From positions 1 through 43,260 of IMG/VR virus record IMGVR_UViG_3300017747_001658: a stretch of DNA of 43,260 bases. One strand, written 5' to 3'. Position 1 is the stretch's first letter, and each line of letters starts with the position of its first letter. Made by a program: the position numbers and the translations under genes. Source of the stretch: a virus. Its lineage: Duplodnaviria > Caudoviricetes. The notes under the pieces are model-generated. The model worked only from the letters and a program-made list of their open reading frames with translations. It was not told where the DNA came from and searched no databases. Positions 35,980-43,260 of this stretch are shown here, in pieces.

Positions 35980-36008
35980 TTGACAAACCCGTCAAGAGGG
36001 CGTATAAT
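35980..36008 (+). promoter_or_regulatory. Consensus sigma70 promoter TTGACA-17-TATAAT (duplicate of 35862)
   Basis: Perfect consensus; near-identical block to the previous promoter. Confidence 0.88.
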
Positions 36009-36094
36009 AGGCTCCAGAATTGAAGAAAACGGCAGGTTACCTGCCTGACACCATAAACTTCACAGCCTGTGAGGTTTCACAACCGGAGAGAGCG

Positions 36095-36358
36095 ATGAGC
36101 AAGAACGTATACGTATTCTTCAGTGACGCGGGCCACGGCTGGCTTAGAGTTAAGCGCGCCGAGTTGGTAGAGCTCGGCCTAGCCGACAAAATCACACGCT
36201 ATTCGTACATCCGCAAAGACTGGGTGTACTTGGAAGAGGACTGCGACGCCACCCATTTCGTGATGGCGAAAGGGCGCAACAACATGGACGTACGCTATAA
36301 AAACTGTAAGGCATACAGCGCCATCAGGAGCTACGACCGCTATCACAACGGCAACTAA
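36095..36358 (+). CDS. Hypothetical phage protein (DxGHGWL motif)
   Basis: 87 aa from MSKNVYVFFSDAGHGWLRV after GGAG RBS; YLEEDCDA. Confidence 0.75.
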   Translation: MSKNVYVFFSDAGHGWLRVKRAELVELGLADKITRYSYIRKDWVYLEEDCDATHFVMAKGRNNMDVRYKNCKAYSAIRSYDRYHNGN

Positions 36359-36393
36359 ACTTCACAGACTGTGAAGTTTCACTGGAGAGAGAC

Positions 36394-37038
36394 ATGCAAT
36401 CAACTATCAGATGGTGCGGCGACATAGGTATGTTCGCCTATGATCGCCCAATTCCAGAGAGCTGTGTGCACGCCACAGCCTTTTGCAGGGAGACTTGTTA
36501 CAACGAGAAACTGTACGCCATGTACCCGCTGATGCAGGTCAAGGATGTGCGCAACGAAGCGTACTGGCAGCAGTTAGACGGTCTTCAGGTCAACTTCGAC
36601 CTGCGCAAGCGCCGTAAGCAGACGGATAGGCTGCGGCTGATGACGCGGGGTGAAGCGTTCAGAGACTTGCTCGACGTCGCCCGCGTCGAGTCTATAGCGG
36701 CCAATAACCCGCAGCGTCTTATATGGGTGCCAACCCGTGCATGGCGTAGTCCATTGCTGAATGCAATGGTGACAAGGCTCAGAAATACGTATAGCAACTT
36801 GCGTATACTCGCAAGCACCGACCCAACGACGACCGATGAGGAGTGGGCACAGCTCAGGGCACAGGGCTGGTCTACGATGTTCTACGGCGACGATGCCGTA
36901 CGCCATACGCCCAATGGCGATAAGTATTTCCTGTGTCCGAAGACGCACGGCGCCAAGGTCAGCGGTGCCTGTGCTAAATGTAAGCGGGGCTGTTTCCGCG
37001 CTGATAAGCGTATAGACGTCCATTTGGCACAACACTAA
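36394..37038 (+). CDS. Gp88-like Cys-rich protein (possible Fe-S/radical-SAM-like)
   Basis: 214 aa; SCVHATAFCRETCY, RL...GE, WVPTR, C-terminal CP...CAKCKRGC. Confidence 0.6.
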   Translation: MQSTIRWCGDIGMFAYDRPIPESCVHATAFCRETCYNEKLYAMYPLMQVKDVRNEAYWQQLDGLQVNFDLRKRRKQTDRLRLMTRGEAFRDLLDVARVESIAANNPQRLIWVPTRAWRSPLLNAMVTRLRNTYSNLRILASTDPTTTDEEWAQLRAQGWSTMFYGDDAVRHTPNGDKYFLCPKTHGAKVSGACAKCKRGCFRADKRIDVHLAQH

Positions 37039-37085
37039 CAACCAAACCTCACAGCCTGTGAAGTTTCACAATCGGAGAGAGAGCA

Positions 37086-37307
37086 ATGAGCATATACGAC
37101 AGCTGGAAAAGCCATGATGAGTTCGCTGAAGCCGCTGCTAGGGATGACCTAGCCCGTGAGCGGTGGTTAGAAGAGACCCCGCTGGCCGATGTGTTGGCCG
37201 ATGTGTTGGAAGACATCCTGCTTGAGGTTACCGTTGGTAACCTAGACTTAGCGCGTAAGATGGCTAAGCAAGCAATAGACCAAGCATGGGTGCGCCATGA
37301 GGGCTAA
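37086..37307 (+). CDS. Small acidic hypothetical protein
   Basis: 73 aa, GGAG RBS. Confidence 0.65.
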   Translation: MSIYDSWKSHDEFAEAAARDDLARERWLEETPLADVLADVLEDILLEVTVGNLDLARKMAKQAIDQAWVRHEG

Positions 37308-37497
37308 CATAGGAGTTAATGAGCAAGAGGTACACGTTATGTGTGCCTACTGCACCGAGGAGCGCGTATGGTACGTCCATTCGGTACTGTTCAAAGGTAC
37401 AGATATACGGGGCTGCTTGAGCCAGCCCCAGCTCGACGAGCTGGCCGCGCTGTGGATATTGAATGAGCAATGCGAGGACTACACTGATGGCCGGTAA
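37297..37497 (+). CDS. Hypothetical protein
   Basis: 66 aa, overlaps neighbours in the operon. Confidence 0.5.
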   Translation: MRANIGVNEQEVHVMCAYCTEERVWYVHSVLFKGTDIRGCLSQPQLDELAALWILNEQCEDYTDGR

Positions 37498-37747
37498 GAT
37501 TGATGTTAAGCATGAGCTGTGGGATGTAGGGCATGCGTGGTCACATTTTGTGACGATCACCATGACCAATGACAGGGGGACGACGTACCAAACACATGTA
37601 TTTAAGGAGTCCAAGTGCCGTCTACTAGGCCCGGGCCGTGTGACGAATTTATCAAAGCGCGTGGATATGAGAATACGCAGCGCCCCCAAGTGGGTGCAGA
37701 GAACAATCCATGAACAACTGCCCGTTGTGGCAATCATGTTATCGTGA
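37487..37747 (+). CDS. Hypothetical protein (shares C-terminus with 37757..38032)
   Basis: Start MAGKID after GAGGA; C-terminal APKWVQRTIHEQLP. Confidence 0.65.
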   Translation: MAGKIDVKHELWDVGHAWSHFVTITMTNDRGTTYQTHVFKESKCRLLGPGRVTNLSKRVDMRIRSAPKWVQRTIHEQLPVVAIMLS

Positions 37748-37756
37748 GGTAAGGCT

Positions 37757-38032
37757 ATGGAAATCAAGGTAGACTATAACGCTAATGCGTCGTTTTTAGG
37801 CGGCGGTTGGGTACAGGTTAAGAGCACCCATGTTGCGACGGGGTGCAGGTATTCGATGGACATCCTATCGCCCAAGCTACATGATGGGGTAACATTGCCC
37901 TACAGGGTGCTGCGTATGGGCAAGGCAGGCAAGCCCTCCTCTGCGGAATGTATCCTGATGCGCAATGCGCCCAAGTGGGTGCGGCGTACGATGCAAGAGC
38001 AGTTGCCCATCATCAAGATAATGTTTAGCTGA
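37757..38032 (+). CDS. Hypothetical protein
   Basis: 91 aa, GAGGT RBS; C-terminal APKWVRRTMQEQLP. Confidence 0.7.
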   Translation: MEIKVDYNANASFLGGGWVQVKSTHVATGCRYSMDILSPKLHDGVTLPYRVLRMGKAGKPSSAECILMRNAPKWVRRTMQEQLPIIKIMFS

Positions 38033-38198
38033 TCAAATGGGGGTAAGCTATGAGTGCCCCGCTTGCTGAATAACCATAGCAGTCTGCCACGAGTCCAGTT
38101 TGTGATTTGCTAGGTCATGGGCCTGCTCCGCACAACCTCTCTCCTCGGGGGCCGACCCTATGATGCTGACGGTTAACGCATCACCTATTTCAAAACGC

Positions 38199-38227
38199 TT
38201 GACATATGCGTCAACTATGTGTATAAT
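38199..38227 (+). promoter_or_regulatory. Consensus sigma70 promoter TTGACA-17-TATAAT
   Basis: Perfect consensus upstream of the AAA/vWA module. Confidence 0.88.
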
Positions 38228-38305
38228 ATGTCCTACGGTTGGAGGTTCCAACTTGACCCACAAACTTCACAGCCTGTGAAGTTAGATACAACAACGAGGT
38301 GTGTT

Positions 38306-39175
38306 ATGGCTATTTCGATTGCTTCTTCTGCTGTTCTGGTTCGTATGTCCATTGGCGTGTGGCAGGCACGCAAGAAAGATAATGCGGTGTCGTCTGAGGT
38401 AGACGCCGACAAGGGCGCCCGTGTAAGGGCAGGCAACTACAACAAGAACCTGTTACCCAATACGGTTGAGCTCGATGCAATCCAGAGCCAAGCCAGCGCT
38501 ACCCGTGCATGGATAGCTACGTTCACAACACCATGGGATGACAGCGGCTGGCGCCTATTGCCTACGACGTTCATGCTCAACAACGCAGCTGAATTAGACG
38601 CGCGTATCGCTGAGTTCTATAGGTTAGTAGACGAGTTGATCGCTGTGTACGAGCAGCGGATACAGGCTGCGCAGTTCAATCTTGTTGGCCTATTCCGTAG
38701 GGAAGACTACCCTACAGCAGAGCAGGTACGCGCCAAGTTCTACATGGTGCGTGAGTTCAGTCCTGTACCCCATGCAGGTGACTTCAGAGTAGACATAGGG
38801 CATGAGGCCGAGAAGGCATTGCTTGCTGATTTCCAAGCGGCCAGTGACAAGAAGTTGGCGGATGCGATGCAGTCCAACTGGGACAGGTTGTACAAGACTA
38901 TGCAAGTGCTGTCTCGACAGCTCGGTAGTTACGACAACAAAGAAGAGGGGCGGCGTGCCGGTGGGGTGCATGCCAGCGTGGTAGACAACGCACTTGAGCT
39001 GTGCGACATGCTCAAGGAGCTCAACATAACCAACGACCCCAACCTTGAGAAGATGCGTAGGGATTTGCAGATGACCCTGCAAGGGGTAGAGGTAAAGGAG
39101 TTGCGCAAGGAGGCGCAGGTACGTGACGGTGTAAAGGCAGAGATCGACGCTCTGCTCAGCAAGTTCAACTTTTAA
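38306..39175 (+). CDS. DUF3150-like protein
   Basis: Start MAISIASSAVLVRMSIGVWQARKKD after GAGGTG; TTPWDDSGWRLLP, FRREDYP; context with AAA+ and vWA genes. Confidence 0.6.
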   Translation: MAISIASSAVLVRMSIGVWQARKKDNAVSSEVDADKGARVRAGNYNKNLLPNTVELDAIQSQASATRAWIATFTTPWDDSGWRLLPTTFMLNNAAELDARIAEFYRLVDELIAVYEQRIQAAQFNLVGLFRREDYPTAEQVRAKFYMVREFSPVPHAGDFRVDIGHEAEKALLADFQAASDKKLADAMQSNWDRLYKTMQVLSRQLGSYDNKEEGRRAGGVHASVVDNALELCDMLKELNITNDPNLEKMRRDLQMTLQGVEVKELRKEAQVRDGVKAEIDALLSKFNF

Positions 39176-39222
39176 TCAAACTTCACAGCCTGTGAAGTAT
39201 TACACATAGAGAGACTACGACC

Positions 39223-40296
39223 ATGAAAGTAAGCAAGAACAACGACCTGACCCTGAAAGAAATCGCTGACCTTATCCTCAGCGTAGGTGAGACTGTAACC
39301 GTGCTTGTCGAGGGCCACATCGGTACCGGCAAGAGCACCCTGCTCCAGATCATCGCAGCTATGAGGCCGGATGCGTATCCGTGCTACTTCGACTGCACAA
39401 CCGCAGATGTCGGTGACTTAGCAGGGCCCAAGTATTCCACGGTCAATGGCGTGGATGTGCTGTCGTTCGTGCCGAATGAGAACCTTGGCATGCACCTCGA
39501 CAAGCCTGTCATCTTGATGTTCGACGAGTTCGCAAAGGGCCCACTGCCCGTACAGCGGGCGTCACGCCGCATCATGTTGGAGCGCAAGAACGGCATGCAC
39601 GCTCTGCCCAAGGGTTCTATTGTGTTCGCTACGACCAACCTTGGCCTTGAGGGTGTGGGTGACATCTTACCTGCACATGCTCGTAACGCTATCTGTGTGG
39701 TCAAGCTTGGCAAGGGCAAGCCCATGACATGGGTAGAGGACTACGCAATACCTAACAACTTGCACCCTGTAGTGATCGGCACGGCGCTGGAGTATCCCAC
39801 CATGTTCGAGAGCTTCGAGGACGTGGAAGACCCGAACTCTAATCCGTTCATCTTCCATCCCAAGCAGGCACGGGCTGCGTTCGTCACCTTGCGCTCACTG
39901 CGTATGGCGTCTGACATTATGTATGCGACAGAGCACATGACGTCTCATGTCCGTACCCATGCCCTTGCGGGTGTGATTGGCGAAGCAGCAGCGGCTGTAA
40001 TGATGACGCTCAGCGGTCTCAACGACGACCTGCCAGCGTGGGAGCGGGTGATTGCTGACCCTTACACATGCCCTGTGCCCAAGTCAGGCGTTGCCTGCTG
40101 CATGCTGGTGACCAAGGCGGCGATGCGTGTAGACCGCAGCAGCATTGATGCGTGGATGGAGTACCTCATACGTCTGCCCAAGGAGACGCAAGCGTTGTTT
40201 GCTCGCACCATAGTGCGCAGTTCCAACAGCGGTGTGGCTACGACCTGCGAGGCGTTCACTAACTTTGCGAAGAACAGCCTGTACCTTTTCACTTAA
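39223..40296 (+). CDS. AAA+ ATPase (MoxR/CbbQ-like)
   Basis: Walker A GHIGTGKS, Walker B ILMFDEF, sensor-1 ATTN, later VTLRSL. Confidence 0.85.
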   Translation: MKVSKNNDLTLKEIADLILSVGETVTVLVEGHIGTGKSTLLQIIAAMRPDAYPCYFDCTTADVGDLAGPKYSTVNGVDVLSFVPNENLGMHLDKPVILMFDEFAKGPLPVQRASRRIMLERKNGMHALPKGSIVFATTNLGLEGVGDILPAHARNAICVVKLGKGKPMTWVEDYAIPNNLHPVVIGTALEYPTMFESFEDVEDPNSNPFIFHPKQARAAFVTLRSLRMASDIMYATEHMTSHVRTHALAGVIGEAAAAVMMTLSGLNDDLPAWERVIADPYTCPVPKSGVACCMLVTKAAMRVDRSSIDAWMEYLIRLPKETQALFARTIVRSSNSGVATTCEAFTNFAKNSLYLFT

Positions 40297-40359
40297 TCAA
40301 ACCTCACAGCCTGTGAAGTTTTACGGGGCGGTGCGCCGCCCCCACAACCGGAGATAGAG

Positions 40360-40689
40360 ATGGCAAAAGCAACTGCACCACAGATCATGGCTAAGATTGA
40401 CGCTTCATCCACAGTGCTCGTACCACTGGAGATAGCCCACCAGATTCAAGCGCTACTGGCACAGCACGCCGTTAAGTACAACTGCATATACAGGGGCCGT
40501 GATTCAAGCGTGACCTATATAACAGACTATGAAATCCCATCTGTATCGGTCGTACCCAAGGATGCCCCTATCTATGACGCTATGGGTTTGACCCGAGAGC
40601 AGGTAGACGCATGGTACATGTCCGTGAGAGACGGCGACGGCCCCACAGTGATCGAGCCCAAACAATTCACCGCTATTGCAGGAGATTGA
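40360..40689 (+). CDS. Hypothetical protein
   Basis: 109 aa, GGAG RBS. Confidence 0.7.
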   Translation: MAKATAPQIMAKIDASSTVLVPLEIAHQIQALLAQHAVKYNCIYRGRDSSVTYITDYEIPSVSVVPKDAPIYDAMGLTREQVDAWYMSVRDGDGPTVIEPKQFTAIAGD

Positions 40690-40690
40690 T

Positions 40691-41830
40691 ATGTTGACAG
40701 TAGAACAACGCATAGAACGTGCACACGTTCGCATCATGAAGCACGATGCAACTCTAGGGTATGCGTCACTCATTATGATCGGTGACACCACGGTAGATGA
40801 TGTGACGCCCACTGCCTACACCAACGGCAGGGACAAGGTATACGGACGCGCTTTCGTCGAGGGTCTTAACGAGCAGGAGCTTGTAGGTCTTATCCTGCAC
40901 GAGGCAGGGCATGTGATGTATCAGCACGGCTATCTGTGGAAGCACTTGTGGGCACAGGATGCACAGCGCGCCAATCAGGCGGCTGACCACGTTATCAACA
41001 TCGAGATCGCAGAGCTCGCTGCCAAGTACCCTGACTTCGTGGCGCTGCCAGCCGGTGGCCTGTTAGATATGCAGTATCGTGGCATGGATACGCAGGAGAT
41101 ATTCAACCGCTTGCCAGCAGGTGGTGGTGGCGGTGCCGGTGGCGGTGGTGGCGGGTTCGACGAGCACAAGTTCGACGAGCTCAGCGAGGCCGAGGCCGAG
41201 GCACTGACCAAGGAGGTAGAGACCGCCGTACGTGAAGGCATGTATCGTATAGGCAAGAGCGGCGGCACTGCATCACGCGCCTTTACAGAGCTGACAGCGC
41301 CCAAGGTTAACTGGCGCGAAGAGCTGATCATGTTTGCCACCGAGGCCACCAAGGGTAGCGAAGATGCGTCATGGCGTAGGCTCAACCGCCGCTGGCTCAG
41401 TGCAGGTGTATTGATGCCTGCTTCTGAGGGTGTTACTGTAGCGCGTCTCAGTGTGGTGCTGGATGTGTCGGGCTCTGTCGATGACTTACTGGTCTCAACA
41501 TTCATGTCCGAGGTGGTTGGCATCTGTCACATGGTGCGCCCGCTGTTGGTAGATGTAATCTGCTGTGATCACGAAGTGCGCTCCCATGATGTGTATGACG
41601 CATCGTCGTACGCCGACTTGGAAAAGAAGCGCAATCTAGGCGGAGGGGGTGGCACAAATATGCCAGCTGCATTAGACTATATCGACAAGCAAGGGCTGAA
41701 CCCTAACGTGGTTCTGGTTCTGACTGATGGCTACACTCCGTACCCAACGGAGTTGAACAGACCCACTCTGTGGGGTATTACAACCAAGAAGGTCACCGCG
41801 CCTGTGGGAGTGACAATACATGTCCGATAA
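40691..41830 (+). CDS. Metallopeptidase + vWA domain protein (DUF2201-like)
   Basis: TAYTNG, HEAGH (HExxH), NQAADHVIN; MIDAS DVSGS, GGGGT, LTDGY. Confidence 0.85.
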   Translation: MLTVEQRIERAHVRIMKHDATLGYASLIMIGDTTVDDVTPTAYTNGRDKVYGRAFVEGLNEQELVGLILHEAGHVMYQHGYLWKHLWAQDAQRANQAADHVINIEIAELAAKYPDFVALPAGGLLDMQYRGMDTQEIFNRLPAGGGGGAGGGGGGFDEHKFDELSEAEAEALTKEVETAVREGMYRIGKSGGTASRAFTELTAPKVNWREELIMFATEATKGSEDASWRRLNRRWLSAGVLMPASEGVTVARLSVVLDVSGSVDDLLVSTFMSEVVGICHMVRPLLVDVICCDHEVRSHDVYDASSYADLEKKRNLGGGGGTNMPAALDYIDKQGLNPNVVLVLTDGYTPYPTELNRPTLWGITTKKVTAPVGVTIHVR

Positions 41831-42044
41831 CAGTCTGTATGAATGCTTGCGTGTAACAAAATCTGACGACGGATGGCGGGTGCAAGACTTCGTAGCAAAG
41901 ACAGACACTACGGTGAGGGCGTTAGACACTGACGCCCAGACCAAGATCAACCTGCTGATGATGGCAGATGACGACGACTGGGTAGAGGGTGTGGGCTACC
42001 GATACAGCGATTACATTTTCTATATTTCGAGGGTACACCTGTGA
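41820..42044 (+). CDS. Hypothetical protein
   Basis: 74 aa, GGGAG upstream; VEGVGYR. Confidence 0.65.
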   Translation: MSDNSLYECLRVTKSDDGWRVQDFVAKTDTTVRALDTDAQTKINLLMMADDDDWVEGVGYRYSDYIFYISRVHL

Positions 42045-42070
42045 GAGTGAATGAAATTGTAGGGGTGACA

Positions 42071-42202
42071 ATGTGCAAGAAGTGCGGGGGTGAGCACCCC
42101 GTGGAGACCTATAGAGGGCTGTTGTTCTATTACTGCCCTGTGGTTCACAGACTCTTATTGATAAGCGATGAGGTGAAAGATGTCCCGAACAATAATGATT
42201 GA
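42071..42202 (+). CDS. Possible small Cys-containing protein (43 aa)
   Basis: Hand-translated MCKKCGGEHPVETYRGLLFYYCPVVHRLLLISDEVKDVPNNND; AGGGG upstream; fills the gap. Confidence 0.35.
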   Translation: MCKKCGGEHPVETYRGLLFYYCPVVHRLLLISDEVKDVPNNND

Positions 42203-42686
42203 CCCAGAAGAGGTCAATGTGCCCGAACAAGCCGCCGAGCGTAGGCTGGCCGTAGAGGTAATGAACCGCGCGATAGAGGACGCGCGCTGCGCCGATGCGT
42301 ATGTGACCCTGTCCAACAGAAGGAGGAGTGCATCCAGCGCCATGACGCCCAAGGAAAGGGATAGGTACAAGCGGGGCTTCTGGAATGATGACTCGGTGCT
42401 GGCTGTCGATGCCATACACTTTCTGATGACGGATAGGTGCCACCACTACCTTAAGCTGCTGGACATAGACCCAAAGGTATTCGTGGAGCAGCTGATCCAG
42501 ACACAACACACGGAATGTGTCACACCTGTGGAGGACTTCGTAGATGATGGCGAGGTGTCACCAACAGGGACGCGCCGCACGGTTAAGATAGCGGCAGAGA
42601 ACAGAAAGCGGCGCATGTTCCGCAACAACTATAAGTTTTATCAAGAGCGTTTGCGCGCAGTATCAGGAGGTAGGCATGCACGTTGA
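42180..42686 (+). CDS. Hypothetical protein
   Basis: 168 aa, GAGGTG RBS; ERRLAVEVMNRAIEDA. Confidence 0.7.
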   Translation: MSRTIMIDPEEVNVPEQAAERRLAVEVMNRAIEDARCADAYVTLSNRRRSASSAMTPKERDRYKRGFWNDDSVLAVDAIHFLMTDRCHHYLKLLDIDPKVFVEQLIQTQHTECVTPVEDFVDDGEVSPTGTRRTVKIAAENRKRRMFRNNYKFYQERLRAVSGGRHAR

Positions 42687-43260
42687 GTTACTGGACTACA
42701 TGGGCAGCGATCTAGCTGTAGTAAATGCGGCGCGAGTCAGCTTTGATAAAGAATCAGAGTACGAATCAGCGATTGTTCTATCAGAAAAGGATGAGAAGTT
42801 AATCCACTACCTAGCGAAGCACAAACACTGGACACCGTTCGCACACACAAGCATCAAGTTCAGGGTGACGATGCCTATTTATGTGGCGCGTCAGTTGGCT
42901 AAGCATCAAGTTGGGGGCGTGGTAAATGAAGTGTCTCGACGGTACGTCAGTACAGCGCCAGTGCTGGATGTGCCAAAGAAGTGGCGTAAATCCGCAGAGA
43001 ATGTGAAGCAAGGCTCAAGCGATGAGCTAGTAAACGTAGATCAAGAGCATATAAATCAACTAATGGATCAGTGTTTGGCTACATACGACTACTTGATTGA
43101 AAGTGGTGTATGTCCCGAACAAGCACGAGCAGTGCTACCTCTGTGCTGTGAAACTACGTGGATATGGACAGGTAGCCTTTCGTTTTTTGCGCGTGTATGT
43201 AGGCTAAGGCTCGACCCTCACGCACAGAAGGAAACGAGGGACGTAGCTGAAAAAATTAGC
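42676..43260 (+). CDS. thyX: Flavin-dependent thymidylate synthase ThyX, truncated at window end
   Basis: Hand-translated MHVELLDYMGSDLAVVNAARVSF...HWTPFAH...VARQLAKHQVGGVVNEVSRRY...PEQARAVLP...HAQKE; AGGAGG RBS. Confidence 0.92.
   Translation, partial: MHVELLDYMGSDLAVVNAARVSFDKESEYESAIVLSEKDEKLIHYLAKHKHWTPFAHTSIKFRVTMPIYVARQLAKHQVGGVVNEVSRRYVSTAPVLDVPKKWRKSAENVKQGSSDELVNVDQEHINQLMDQCLATYDYLIESGVCPEQARAVLPLCCETTWIWTGSLSFFARVCRLRLDPHAQKETRDVAEKIS

Larger units (their letters stand above)
32973..40321. repeat. Dispersed 23-bp palindrome AAACTTCACAG-N-CTGTGAAGTTT, 13 copies
   Basis: Copies start at 32973, 34122, 34162, 34637, 34751, 35794, 35928, 36055, 36357, 37044, 38262, 39178 and 40299; 0-2 arm mismatches each. 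Confidence 0.95.

Noticed and set aside
32973-40321. 23-bp palindromes as a CRISPR array
   Set aside because: Spacing is irregular (17 bp to >1 kb), whole genes lie between copies, and no cas genes are seen.
32973-40321. 23-bp palindromes as CRP sites, parS sites or intrinsic terminators
   Set aside because: Half-sites are arranged TCACA-N3-TGTGA (CRP is TGTGA-N6-TCACA). The TTCAC/GTGAA halves are 5 bp apart, unlike parS. The stems are AT-rich with no separate U-tract.
42895-42945. ThyX lacking the canonical RHR motif as a possible pseudogene
   Set aside because: The KHQ...S-RRY variant occurs in phage ThyX proteins and the frame is intact to the window end.

Overview
This window is about 43 kb of a tailed dsDNA bacteriophage genome, podovirus-like (no tape-measure, tail-tube or sheath gene recognised). 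It has two divergent arms. The minus-strand arm (32571 to <1) is the morphogenesis/lysis module: TerS, intein-containing TerL, DUF3310, portal, GroES-like co-chaperonin, scaffold, Mu-gpT-like major capsid, small Lys-rich proteins, adaptor/tail proteins, tail fibre, M15 endolysin, holin and large putative ejection proteins. The plus-strand arm (33096 to >43260) is an early region with sigma70-type promoters, small hypothetical genes, a Gp88-like gene, a DUF3150-like/AAA+/metallopeptidase-vWA module and thyX. Four observations stand out. (1) The TerL intein has no in-frame homing endonuclease, but a complete Endonuclease VII-type HNH gene with its own RBS is overprinted in the -1 frame inside it. 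(2) Thirteen copies of a 23-bp palindrome, AAACTTCACAG-N-CTGTGAAGTTT, punctuate only the early arm, mostly at gene boundaries. (3) A ~400-bp imperfect inverted repeat with an AT-rich core is bracketed by those palindromes. (4) A candidate pseudoknotted RNA lies downstream of the capsid gene. All family assignments come from motif recognition by eye; no database searches were run.
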